DNA from: a virus
Taxonomy: Duplodnaviria; Heunggongvirae; Uroviricota; Caudoviricetes
Virus record (IMG/VR): IMGVR_UViG_2718217859_000004
Location: 1-38,838 of that record
Strand: one strand, 5' to 3'
Length of the DNA stretch: 38,838 nt
Part shown: piece after piece, positions 8,235 through 16,057 of the stretch
Numbering within the stretch: position 1 is the stretch's first letter
Layout: each line of letters begins with the position of its first letter
Notes under the pieces: generated by a model
What the model saw: the letters and a program-made list of their open reading frames with translations, nothing else
Told to the model about the DNA's origin: nothing
The model's database searches: none
Made by a program: the position numbers and the translations under genes

Positions 8235-8438
8235 TGCGACACATAGAGATTAGCCTCTTACGGACCGAAAGGTCAAGGAGAAGCAGGCTATGAAGCAGCA
8301 AAAGGCGATGCTAATCGCCCTGATCGTCATCTGTTTAACCGTCTTAGTGACGGCACTGGTAACGAGGAAAGACCTCTGCGAGGTACGAATCCGAACCGGC
8401 CAGACGGAGGTCGCTGTCTTCACAGCTTACGAACCTGA
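8235..8438 (+). CDS. mok-like overlapping reading frame (67 codons) of the hok locus
   Basis: ATG at 8235; ORF overlaps hok in another frame and ends 7 nt before the hok stop, as mok does in hok/sok loci. Confidence 0.4.
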
Positions 8439-8445
8439 GGAGTAA
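8290..8445 (+). CDS. hokD: Hok/Gef family membrane toxin (51 aa), HokD/RelF-like
   Basis: Translation MKQQKAMLIALIVICLTVLVTALVTRKDLCEVRIRTGQTEVAVFTAYEPEE; below the 60-aa ORF-track cutoff; one TM helix plus conserved Cys. Confidence 0.85.
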   Translation: MKQQKAMLIALIVICLTVLVTALVTRKDLCEVRIRTGQTEVAVFTAYEPEE

Positions 8446-8513
8446 GAGACCTGGCGGGGGAGAAATCCTTCGCCACCTCTGATGAGTCAGGCATCCTCAA
8501 TGCACCCACACTT

Positions 8514-8540
8514 AACCCGCTTCGGCGGGTTTTTGTTTTT
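8514..8540 (+). terminator. Rho-independent terminator at the 3' end of the hok transcript
   Basis: AACCCGC-ttcg-GCGGGTT followed by TTTTGTTTTT. Confidence 0.7.
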
Positions 8541-8665
8541 ATTTTCAACGTGTTTGAAGTTCTGGACGGTGCCGGAATAGAATCAAAAATACTTAAGTAG
8601 CGCGCAGGGAGAAGAGGGATGGACCCCGAACAGGGGAGTGCTATTTATCTGGAAGGATTCTGTTG

Positions 8666-8926
8666 ATGAAAATCGAAGAATTACGTGAAATTTTTAGTGA
8701 AGATGGCCTCTATACTGTGCGCGTTGAGAATGGCGCAATTGTCAGCCACTGCCGTATTAAATGTTTACAGTCTCAACAAAGGAAGAGTGGAGCTGCGTTA
8801 ATTCATTTGGTGGATGGGCTTGTGACGGATGGTTTTATTTTGCGTGCAAATGAATTTGTCACATCGTTGCCGTCTCTGAAAGAAGCTGGGATTAAGGCTG
8901 GTTTTTCTGCTTTTGAAGATGAGTGA
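8666..8926 (+). CDS. Hypothetical prophage protein (86 aa)
   Basis: ATG 8666 with GGAAGGA upstream; position between hok and DUF968 gene parallels rem in Qin, but identity unverified. Confidence 0.5.
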   Translation: MKIEELREIFSEDGLYTVRVENGAIVSHCRIKCLQSQQRKSGAALIHLVDGLVTDGFILRANEFVTSLPSLKEAGIKAGFSAFEDE

Positions 8927-8992
8927 ATTCATCTACAATTCAGCGCAGGGCTGAACCCCTGTTGAGTAACACTGTGCCACCGGAGAAAGCCG

Positions 8993-9271
8993 ATGGCGCA
9001 CGATACCAAATCACACAATTCTGATGATTCTGCCGTCTTTGCCAGCAGGCACGGGCGGCGTTCTCGCACTTTCAAATCTGACTGGTTCCAGCATGACCCA
9101 TGCACTGAAGAACAGGCCGAGTGGCTAATTCAGTGCTACCGCAGACACGGATACGAGATTAAGAAAGCCCTCAGCCTCGATTATCGTCACAGGATAATCT
9201 CCGTCAGGCTTCCTTACTCTGAACGCCCACCGCGTCCGTCCCGCACATTCCAGCAACGCATCTGGAGGTAA
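8993..9271 (+). CDS. Hypothetical prophage protein (92 aa)
   Basis: GGAGA RBS, ATG 8993; stop immediately precedes the DUF968 start. Confidence 0.5.
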   Translation: MAHDTKSHNSDDSAVFASRHGRRSRTFKSDWFQHDPCTEEQAEWLIQCYRRHGYEIKKALSLDYRHRIISVRLPYSERPPRPSRTFQQRIWR

Positions 9272-9272
9272 C

Positions 9273-10328
9273 GTGCGGGTATTACTTCGACCTGTTCTGG
9301 TACCGGAACTCGGGCTGGTGGTCCTTAAGCCAGGTCGTGAATCCATGCCGGTATTCCACAATACCCGGGTATTGGTGGAGCCGGAACCGAAAAGCATGCG
9401 TAATCTGCCGTCCGGGGTCGTTCCTGCCGTTCGCCAGCCGCTGGTGGAAGACAAAACATTGCTGCCGTTTTTCAGTAACGCACGGGTGATTCGTGCTGCT
9501 GGTGGTGCTGGTGCATTGTCTGACTGGCTGTTGCGCCATATTAAATCCTGCCAGTGGCCACACGGCGATTATCACCACAGTGAAACCGTCATTCACCGTT
9601 ATGGCGCTGGCGCGATGGTGTTGTGCTGGCACTGCGACAACCAGTTGCGTGACCAGACATCCGAATCACTCGAGCAACTTGCTCATCAAAACCTGTCAGC
9701 ATGGATGATTGACGCCATCGGTCACGCAATAAGCGGTACGCAGGAGCGTGAATTATCTTTGGCTGAATTATCCTGGTGGGCGGTCCGCAATCAGGTGGCG
9801 GACGCGCTACCGGAAGCGGTATTACGTCGTTCGCTGGGGTTGCGTGCGGAAAAAATCCGCTCAATGTACCGTGAAAGCGACATCGTACCGGGAGAGCAGA
9901 CCGCCACCAGCATACTGAAGCAGCGCACAAAAAATCTTGCGCCGCTGCCTCACGCCCACCAGCAAAACCCGCCACAGGAAAAGACGGTGGTCAGCATTGC
10001 TGTTGATCCGGAGTCACCGGCTCAGTATCTCCAGCGCCAGAAACCACAACGGGAAGAGATGCCTGTATACACACGCTGGGTAAAAACGCAGAAATGCATG
10101 ACGTGCGGTAATCAGGCAGATGATCCGCATCACATCATTGGTCATGGACTGGGAGGGATGGGAACAAAGGCTGATGATTTGTTTGTTATTCCGCTGTGCC
10201 GTAAATGTCATCACGAACTGCACGCCGGGGTAAAAGATTTTGAAGAAAAACACGGCAGCCAGCTGTTGTTGCTGATTCGTTTTTTAATGCACGCGAGAAA
10301 TTCGGGTGTCCTGAAGTGGAAAGCATGA
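9273..10328 (+). CDS. DUF968-domain protein (YdfU-like)
   Basis: GTG start with GGAGG 4 nt upstream; 351 aa; C-terminal Cys/His cluster CMTCGNQADDPHHIIGHGLGGMGTKADD...CRKCHHELH; same size and neighbourhood as Qin YdfU. Confidence 0.7.
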   Translation: MRVLLRPVLVPELGLVVLKPGRESMPVFHNTRVLVEPEPKSMRNLPSGVVPAVRQPLVEDKTLLPFFSNARVIRAAGGAGALSDWLLRHIKSCQWPHGDYHHSETVIHRYGAGAMVLCWHCDNQLRDQTSESLEQLAHQNLSAWMIDAIGHAISGTQERELSLAELSWWAVRNQVADALPEAVLRRSLGLRAEKIRSMYRESDIVPGEQTATSILKQRTKNLAPLPHAHQQNPPQEKTVVSIAVDPESPAQYLQRQKPQREEMPVYTRWVKTQKCMTCGNQADDPHHIIGHGLGGMGTKADDLFVIPLCRKCHHELHAGVKDFEEKHGSQLLLLIRFLMHARNSGVLKWKA

Positions 10329-10694
10329 ATGACTGAACGCATAGAATTTGTTTTGCCTTACCCGCCGACGGTGAATACCTACTGGCGACGTCATGGCAAT
10401 ACGTATTTCATCTCGGAAGCCGGAAAGCGTTATCGCCGTGATGTGGCGCTAATTGTTCGCCAGCAGCGGCTGAAATTAAATCTGTCCGGAAGGCTGGCGA
10501 TAAAGGTTATCGCAGAGCCGCCGGATAAGCGCCGTCGTGATCTGGACAATATTCTGAAAGCACCGCTGGATGCGCTGACGCATGCGGGGCTTCTCATAGA
10601 CGACGAGCAGTTTGATGAAATCAATATTGTGCGCGGTCTGCCTGTTCCTGGTGGGCGGCTGGGCGTGAAGATTTACAAAATTGAAAGTGAGTGA
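10329..10694 (+). CDS. rusA: RusA-family Holliday junction resolvase
   Basis: FVLPYPPTVNTYWRRHG...RRRDLDNILKAPLDALTHAGLLIDDEQ matches RusA catalytic motifs (PPS.N, RRRDLDN, D.L). Confidence 0.85.
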   Translation: MTERIEFVLPYPPTVNTYWRRHGNTYFISEAGKRYRRDVALIVRQQRLKLNLSGRLAIKVIAEPPDKRRRDLDNILKAPLDALTHAGLLIDDEQFDEINIVRGLPVPGGRLGVKIYKIESE

Positions 10695-10702
10695 GCGTAA
10701 AT

Positions 10703-11239
10703 ATGATATACCCGGAAATTACAGGCAAAAGCGGTGAGCATTTACGCCTGAAAACGCTGGAAAGTGTCTGGCTCCAGGGGAAACTGCGTATGTGGGGGCG
10801 TTGGTCGTATATAGGTGGTGGCAAAACAGGAAATATGTTCAATCAGTTGCTGGCATCCAAAAAACTGACAAAAACCGCGATCAATGAAGCCATGCGCAAA
10901 ATCAGGGAATCAGGGATTGATAAACCTGAACTGGAAGCATTCTTGCGTGAGATGATCGAAGGAAAGCAAAAAAGCTGGTTAACTCACTGCACTGATGCAG
11001 AGGCACTAAAAATTGATAGTGTTATAGGTGAAGTTCTGGCGGATCATCCAGGACTACTAAATGTCCTGAGTCAGCGTTATGTGGGGCGAGGGATGAGTAA
11101 GAGAAGGATGGCCGAGTTATTAAACGAACAGTACCCAGAGTGGGCGTTGATTACATGCCGACGTCGTGTTGATCAGTGGTTGCGTGTTGCTGAGTTCATT
11201 TTGTACTCACCTATGAGAGAAGCGTTCGATTATACTTAA
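10703..11239 (+). CDS. Late-gene antiterminator, Q-like (assignment tentative)
   Basis: Position after RusA; LRMWGRWSY resembles the ERWGAW motif of Q-family proteins; followed ~100 nt downstream by an intrinsic terminator (tR'-like). Alt. GTG start 10691. Confidence 0.55.
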   Translation: MIYPEITGKSGEHLRLKTLESVWLQGKLRMWGRWSYIGGGKTGNMFNQLLASKKLTKTAINEAMRKIRESGIDKPELEAFLREMIEGKQKSWLTHCTDAEALKIDSVIGEVLADHPGLLNVLSQRYVGRGMSKRRMAELLNEQYPEWALITCRRRVDQWLRVAEFILYSPMREAFDYT

Positions 11240-11333
11240 AAAATCATTGCAAAATGAGCCACAAACTGCTTCAATTCCGGTACGCTTCGCATAGCTGTAT
11301 CGCGAGGCGAATCAAGCGCATGAACTTTGATAC

Positions 11334-11357
11334 AACCCGCCATTGAGCGGGTTTTTT
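11334..11357 (+). terminator. Intrinsic terminator ~95 nt downstream of the Q-like gene (tR'-like)
   Basis: ACCCGC-cattga-GCGGGT followed by TTTTTT. Confidence 0.6.
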
Positions 11358-11479
11358 ATGTCCGAAAAACGGCAGAGAACATAAAACGTGCTGGTGGTTG
11401 CGAATACTGGTCTTTCGGCTTGTATTTTTGTAAATCGATATATACTTATCTTGTGACCAGTAATGTCAGGGCAATTGAT

Positions 11480-12223
11480 ATGAATGAAGCCTGTTCTGTT
11501 GTTTTTGTTCATTCCCCGTTTGTTGTGCTCTTTGAAGGAAAAGAGCTCTCTCTTGAAAGTGGTAGTGCACTTCTTGTCAGGGGGGGAGCTGGATCGTTAT
11601 TGCCCTTTTCGGAATGTTTTCGGCGAATAAGTCTCAGTGAATCGACAATTAGCCGTTACCTGTTGTGTGGAGACGAAAAACAGGATGTAGTTTTAGTCCG
11701 GCAAATACCACGATATCTTTGCGTGAGTTTTCCCAAGGCAGAATTGATGGGCATCCTGATTGATTATCTTTGTGAGGAAAAGATTCATACGGACAATTTA
11801 GCGGAAATGCTTTCCTTTTCGTGTCTGGCGTTTTTCTCATCAGAGAAAATGTTTTCGTCGTTTCTGACCGCGTGTATTAGCAATATTAGTGACAGGCTTA
11901 GTGCATTGTTTCGTACGGACATTGCAGCAAACTGGACTCTGAGAGATGTGTCTTCGCGGTTATGTATCAGTGAAAGTTTGTTAAAAAAAAGACTGAAAGA
12001 AGAAGGCACCTGTTTCAGTGAGTTGTTGCTTACAGAGAGAATGAGAATGGCAGCAATGCTGTTGAATCAATCTCGTTGCGCCATCAACAGAATCGCTGCC
12101 CAGTGCGGCTATAATTTTACATCTTATTTTATCAGCGTATTCAGGAGTTATTTTGGTGTTACACCGGCAGGTTACAGGATGGCTGCATTCAATGAGATGA
12201 GTTTAAGTGTTACTCAAGAATAA
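11480..12223 (+). CDS. AraC-family transcriptional regulator, AppY-like (cargo gene)
   Basis: C-terminal AraC HTH (LKKRLKEEGTCFSELLLTERMRMAAMLLNQSRCAINRIAAQCGYNFTSYFISVFRSYFGVTPAGY) and N-terminus EACSVVFVHSPF resemble AppY/EnvY-type regulators; AT-rich gene. Confidence 0.8.
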   Translation: MNEACSVVFVHSPFVVLFEGKELSLESGSALLVRGGAGSLLPFSECFRRISLSESTISRYLLCGDEKQDVVLVRQIPRYLCVSFPKAELMGILIDYLCEEKIHTDNLAEMLSFSCLAFFSSEKMFSSFLTACISNISDRLSALFRTDIAANWTLRDVSSRLCISESLLKKRLKEEGTCFSELLLTERMRMAAMLLNQSRCAINRIAAQCGYNFTSYFISVFRSYFGVTPAGYRMAAFNEMSLSVTQE

Positions 12224-12247
12224 TTGAATTTTGCACTCATTGAAAAC

Positions 12248-12271
12248 AGGCTCGCTGCGGCGGGCCTTTTT
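12248..12271 (+). terminator. Intrinsic terminator after the AppY-like gene
   Basis: AGGCTCGC-tgcg-GCGGGCCT (one G-U pair) followed by TTTTT. Confidence 0.55.
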
Positions 12272-12408
12272 CATATCCGCGCCACGCCCGGCGCATATCA
12301 AAAACCACAGAGCCTTTCAGGGGTGAGCTTACGGGATGGTCAGTGTGACTTTCTCTGTGGGCTGGTCACCCCCGGGCGCAGGCTCACCCACTAAAAGGAA
12401 AAGTCACG

Positions 12409-12834
12409 ATGTTTGGTATTTTCAAAAAGAAAACCCGCAAGGCCATTACTGAAGTGAAGAAGATGGAGAATCGCGATGCAGTGGAGGCGACCGTCTGGGG
12501 CGCGTATTCCATTGCATATGCTGACGGCACCTGTGACGCGAAAGAAATCGCGGTACTGGAGAAAACCATTGCAGCACTTCCTGCCTTTGCGCTGTTCTCG
12601 GGTGAGATTGCACAAATGAGTGCAAATATCCGCGCCCGTTATGAAGCATCGCCGCGTTCTGCCAATGCCGAAGCCCTCCGCCAGCTGGCTGATGTTGCCG
12701 GTACTGATGACGCTGTTAATGTGCTGTGCCTGTGTCTGGATATCGCTGACCAGGATGGTATTGGTCCGGATGAAGAAGCACAGCTCAAGAAAATTGCTCA
12801 GGCACTGCAGTTACCACTGGAGCAGTACCTGTGA
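12409..12834 (+). CDS. TerB-like (tellurite-resistance TerB domain) protein
   Basis: 141 aa, two DG-x-E-containing helices (YADGTCDAKEIAVLEKTIAAL; DQDGIGPDEEAQLKKIAQAL) typical of the TerB fold; AAGGA RBS. Confidence 0.55.
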   Translation: MFGIFKKKTRKAITEVKKMENRDAVEATVWGAYSIAYADGTCDAKEIAVLEKTIAALPAFALFSGEIAQMSANIRARYEASPRSANAEALRQLADVAGTDDAVNVLCLCLDIADQDGIGPDEEAQLKKIAQALQLPLEQYL

Positions 12835-12989
12835 AAAGTGCGCGTCTTGTGCTGGCTGCCATCCTGCTGTTTCTGGTAGTGGTGGTGGATTTTACCGGAC
12901 GGCTGATGTCGGTACTGGCAGATGGTGTGCTGGTGGCGATGGCGCTGGTCGTGCTCCGGCCTTTATTCCGGAGCAAAAACAACGGCTGA
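12831..12989 (+). CDS. Small membrane peptide (52 aa, two predicted TM helices), coupled to the TerB-like gene
   Basis: GTG overlapping TerB-like stop (GTGA); VKSARLVLAAILLFLVVVVDFTGRLMSVLADGVLVAMALVVLRPLFRSKNNG; below ORF-track cutoff. Confidence 0.35.
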   Translation: MKSARLVLAAILLFLVVVVDFTGRLMSVLADGVLVAMALVVLRPLFRSKNNG

Positions 12990-12996
12990 TTATTTG

Positions 12997-13025
12997 AGCG
13001 GGCATTTAAAGCCCGCTGCATTTTT
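12997..13025. terminator. Hairpin plus T-run between convergent genes
   Basis: AGCGGGC-atttaaa-GCCCGCT followed by GCATTTTTATT; lies between the + strand TerB/peptide pair and the minus-strand zinc-ribbon gene. Confidence 0.55.
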
Positions 13026-13704
13026 ATTGCTGCTGTTCCTTAATGCGTTCCGGTAGCACAAATGCCACTTCAAGGAACAACCGGAGAAACGCCACAAACT
13101 CTTTTGCCTGCTCATCACTGGCCTCGAGTTCGTGCACGGCTTCATTTCCTTCCATACGGATTCGGTGAGCCCAGTTTCTCATTGATTCCGTCAGTATGCC
13201 GTCCTGCCGTGCCACTTCAATGCGTGACAGCAGATTGCCTTTTTCGTACCCCAGGGCACGGAGGGCAACCTCGAGGACGCTACGGCAGCCAACAATAATA
13301 CGCGGGGCAGTTCTGCCGGACCGAACATCCTCCTGCAACTCAGTGAAGACTGCGCGAATTTTTTCGGGATAGTGGGGGGAGTCATCGGGCAGCCTGAGTT
13401 CAGGATAGATTTTGATGCTCCCCTCAAGTGGAGCATTCAGCACCCAGGCTTTGTTGTTGATGGCTTTTTTCATGTCCACCAGTTCACTGACTGAACATTC
13501 GAATGCGATCATTAATGGGTTGTTGCATTCTGTGCAAAAGTCCGTTGAGTATGCTTTTGCTGATGTTATTTCAGAGGTACGCGGTTGTTGCATGTAAAGC
13601 TTGTTTTCTGTAGCCGGACGCCTGCTGTGGTACTGGGTGACCTCATTCAGAGAAATATGAACCTGATGAAGGCAGTACGGGCATTTAATTTTCAGGGAGT
13701 ACAT
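13024..13704 (-). CDS. Zinc-ribbon protein with DUF4145/HEPN-like C-terminal domain (candidate abortive-infection/defence protein)
   Basis: Start 13702-13704 with GAAGAGG upstream (ORF extends to 13893); N-terminal CPYC...CTEC zinc ribbon; C-terminus IIVGCRSVLEVALRAL...MRNWAHRIRMEGNEAVHELEA with an R-x7-H motif in an all-helical region. Domain call from memory, unverified. Confidence 0.5.
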   Translation of the reverse strand: MYSLKIKCPYCLHQVHISLNEVTQYHSRRPATENKLYMQQPRTSEITSAKAYSTDFCTECNNPLMIAFECSVSELVDMKKAINNKAWVLNAPLEGSIKIYPELRLPDDSPHYPEKIRAVFTELQEDVRSGRTAPRIIVGCRSVLEVALRALGYEKGNLLSRIEVARQDGILTESMRNWAHRIRMEGNEAVHELEASDEQAKEFVAFLRLFLEVAFVLPERIKEQQQ

Positions 13705-13962
13705 ATGACCTCTTCGACAGAAGTGATAACTGAATTTGAAAATTGCATAGCAGATTCTGCCAGTGATTCTGTAGCAGCGATAGAACGAAGGTTTGCTGCT
13801 GCTCAGACCCGGTATGGTCATGATGCAGCCGTCAAGGGGCTGGCAATGGCGTTTGTTATTGCAGAGAACCGCCGTCGCTTTATTGAAGCGCAAATGACAC
13901 TAAAGCAATAAATAGCACCACACAAAAGGCATCTGAGGGTGCCTTTGACGGGGTGTTTTTAT

Positions 13963-13988
13963 GGGCCACTGGAGGCCCTTTTTTATTT
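13963..13988 (+). terminator. Terminator-like hairpin immediately upstream of the holin gene
   Basis: GGGCC-actgga-GGCCC followed by TTTTTTATTT; holin RBS starts 3 nt later. Confidence 0.5.
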
Positions 13989-14002
13989 ACAGGAGAAAAA
14001 GT

Positions 14003-14395
14003 ATGTCTGAACCCTTATCCGGTTCCGGCACGGCTGCGGCGCTCGGCGGGGCGACGGTATTCGGGCTGTTTACCGGAACGGATTTCGGGATTGTGTTTGG
14101 TGCGTTCGCCGGGGCGTTATTTGTGGCAACGATGCCGCAGGCGCTTTCAGCCTGGCGGGTGGCGGCGCATTTTCTGGTGTCGTTCATTGTCGGCGTGCTG
14201 GGAGCGCGTGTGCTGTCTGCCTGGATAGCGGCAAAAACAGGTTATGACGGCACATCGGCAGATGCGCTGTGTGCGGTGCTGGTATCGGTGGTGTCGGTAA
14301 AGATTCTGTCGTTCATCCACCAGCAGGATATCGCATCACTGGTGTCCGGCCTGTTCTCCCGCCTGCGGGGTGGAGGAGGCGGCAATGTTAAGTAA
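14003..14395 (+). CDS. Phage holin (multi-TM)
   Basis: AGGAG RBS; 130 aa with Gly/Ala-rich hydrophobic segments (GGATVFGLFTGTDFGIVFGAFAGALFVA...); first gene of the lysis cassette. Confidence 0.7.
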   Translation: MSEPLSGSGTAAALGGATVFGLFTGTDFGIVFGAFAGALFVATMPQALSAWRVAAHFLVSFIVGVLGARVLSAWIAAKTGYDGTSADALCAVLVSVVSVKILSFIHQQDIASLVSGLFSRLRGGGGGNVK

Positions 14396-14660
14396 CCTTC
14401 CCGGATTGCTGAATGTGGCGTTATGCACGGTTATCGTGCTGACGCTCTTTTTTTATCGTCGCCGTGATTCCAGACATAAACCGCTGATGTCATGGCTGGC
14501 CTGGCTGCTGATGCTGTTGTATGCCTTTGCGCCACTCAGCTACCTGTGTGGTCGTCCGTTAGCGGCGAACTGGCTGGCGGTGGGGCTTAATCTGCTGTTC
14601 TGCGTGCTGGTGATTCGTGCACGTGGGAACGTTTCAAAAATCCTTTCATTACGGAGGTGA
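14385..14660 (+). CDS. Second lysis-associated membrane protein (holin/antiholin-like)
   Basis: ATG 14385 after GGAGGAGG, overlapping holin stop; 91 aa with hydrophobic helices. Confidence 0.55.
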   Translation: MLSNLPGLLNVALCTVIVLTLFFYRRRDSRHKPLMSWLAWLLMLLYAFAPLSYLCGRPLAANWLAVGLNLLFCVLVIRARGNVSKILSLRR

Positions 14661-14662
14661 GT

Positions 14663-15040
14663 ATGTCGGGTAAATTCAGATTCAGCCGTCGGAGCGAGAA
14701 AAATCTGGAGGGCGTAAAACCACAGCTGGTTGCTGTCGTTCGCCGTGCGCTGGAGCTGACGGAGGTTGATTTCGGTATTACGGAAGGTCTGCGCACGAAA
14801 GAGCGCCAGAAACAACTGGTTGCAGAAGGCAAGAGCCAGACCATGAACAGCCGCCACCTGACCGGTGATGCGGTGGATGTTGTTGCCTGGGTTGGCAGCC
14901 AGGTGTCATGGGACTGGCCTCTGTACGAGAAAATCGCGCAGGCATTTAAGCAGGCCGCTACAGAGCTGGGAATCGCCATCGAATGGGGCGGGGACTGGAA
15001 AACGTTGAAGGACGGGCCTCACTTTCAGTTGAAACGATAA
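14663..15040 (+). CDS. Endolysin, peptidase M15 (D-Ala-D-Ala carboxypeptidase-like) family
   Basis: GGAGG 5 nt upstream; ...LVAEGKSQTMNSRHLTGDAVDVVAW...EWGGDW...DGPHFQL with zinc-ligand-like H/D/H residues typical of M15 endolysins. Confidence 0.8.
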   Translation: MSGKFRFSRRSEKNLEGVKPQLVAVVRRALELTEVDFGITEGLRTKERQKQLVAEGKSQTMNSRHLTGDAVDVVAWVGSQVSWDWPLYEKIAQAFKQAATELGIAIEWGGDWKTLKDGPHFQLKR

Positions 15041-15121
15041 GTAAAGCAAAACCCCGGTTGTTGGAGCAATCGGGGCTTTGTGTTTATGGATTCATTTTGT
15101 GAATGCGCATGGGGATCATTC

Positions 15122-15319
15122 ATGCCAGTAAAGCCTAACACGACGAAAGATAAATTTGGAGATGATCTGATGATAAAAGCAGAAACCACCCCGCAGGGGG
15201 CTGATGATGCCGCAAAAATCATCGCGGTATGCCGGGGCATCAGACATATACTGACGCCAGTTGCATGGATTATTTGTACTGCACTGGTTGCATACACAAC
15301 AATTTATTTAAACAGATGA
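15122..15319 (+). CDS. Small protein with C-terminal TM helix (65 aa), lysis-cassette associated
   Basis: GGGGA RBS; ...ILTPVAWIICTALVAYTTIYLNR; translationally coupled (ATGA) to a 28-aa TM peptide at 15316-15402. Confidence 0.3.
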   Translation: MPVKPNTTKDKFGDDLMIKAETTPQGADDAAKIIAVCRGIRHILTPVAWIICTALVAYTTIYLNR

Positions 15320-15403
15320 GTGCTGATTTTATTCGGGCAACGGCCTTTGCAATCCGCCTTGTGGCGGTCGCTGTTCTGATTTGGGCCGGGCGTTGGTGGT
15401 GAT

Positions 15404-15586
15404 ATGACGCGAAAACACTGGACACACAGAATGCTGCGAACGGCGGCGAAATGGGCACTGGTGGCGATACTGGTGCCTTTTTTATTGGCGGGATGCGTCA
15501 GCCTGGATAAGGCGCGCCAGATTTTCGATACAGTTTCTCTGGTCTGTGAAATTGTCGACAGTGTCCGACAGTGTATGCAGAACTGA
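15404..15586 (+). CDS. Putative lipoprotein (60 aa), possible o-spanin-like or exclusion lipoprotein
   Basis: Signal peptide with lipobox LLAG|C (MTRKHWTHRMLRTAAKWALVAILVPFLLAGC); mature part has Cys residues; directly follows small TM ORFs after the endolysin. Confidence 0.45.
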   Translation: MTRKHWTHRMLRTAAKWALVAILVPFLLAGCVSLDKARQIFDTVSLVCEIVDSVRQCMQN

Positions 15587-15757
15587 TCGCCTGTAGGAGC
15601 AGAATATTTTGCTGAAAAATGAAGGATGCGTCAGCGTCCGGAAAGCATGAAATTCTGTGTTTGTAGCTGCTCAATAAAATAAATTCTTTCTGTCGCCGCG
15701 AATACTCAAATGCTGATCAGTGCCCGGTGCGGCGACGGGCTTTGATATCGGGAGACG

Positions 15758-16057
15758 ATGATGGAAAAAACAGAAAATAAACCGATTGTAATTGGTGCTG
15801 ATGCTGCTCCGTTCAAGTTTGAGTTGTCTCAACTGGTGGAGATGCGCATCAGTGATGAATGGGGTGAGGTTAAAGCCCGCGCGCAGTATGCGGATGGCGA
15901 AAACCAGTACTTGATCCACTACAAAGCAGCTGATGGTCGCGCCATGACGGAGTGGTTTGGTGAGTCAATGCTGGAAGCAACAGAAGATGTTCGTCATCCT
16001 GGTTGTCCGGTATTTGCTGGTATGGAATTACCGAAAGGCGCGGTCGTTACTGAGTAA
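15758..16057 (+). CDS. Hypothetical protein (99 aa)
   Basis: GGGAGA RBS then ATGATG; no recognisable family; between lysis genes and cos. Confidence 0.5.
   Translation: MMEKTENKPIVIGADAAPFKFELSQLVEMRISDEWGEVKARAQYADGENQYLIHYKAADGRAMTEWFGESMLEATEDVRHPGCPVFAGMELPKGAVVTE

Noticed and set aside
9125-9975. Several minus-strand ORFs (109-128 aa) inside the DUF968 gene
   Set aside because: Antisense to a conserved prophage gene, low-complexity and without start signals.
11327-11479. Upstream extension of the AppY-like ORF from a TTG at 11327
   Set aside because: The extension spans an intrinsic terminator hairpin and U-run; the homology-supported N-terminus begins at ATG 11480.
13585-13911. 108-aa plus-strand ORF and the 5' extension of the zinc-ribbon ORF (13705-13893)
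   Set aside because: The plus ORF is antisense to the zinc-ribbon gene region and lacks an RBS; the minus-strand extension has no RBS, whereas the internal ATG at 13702-13704 has a good one.
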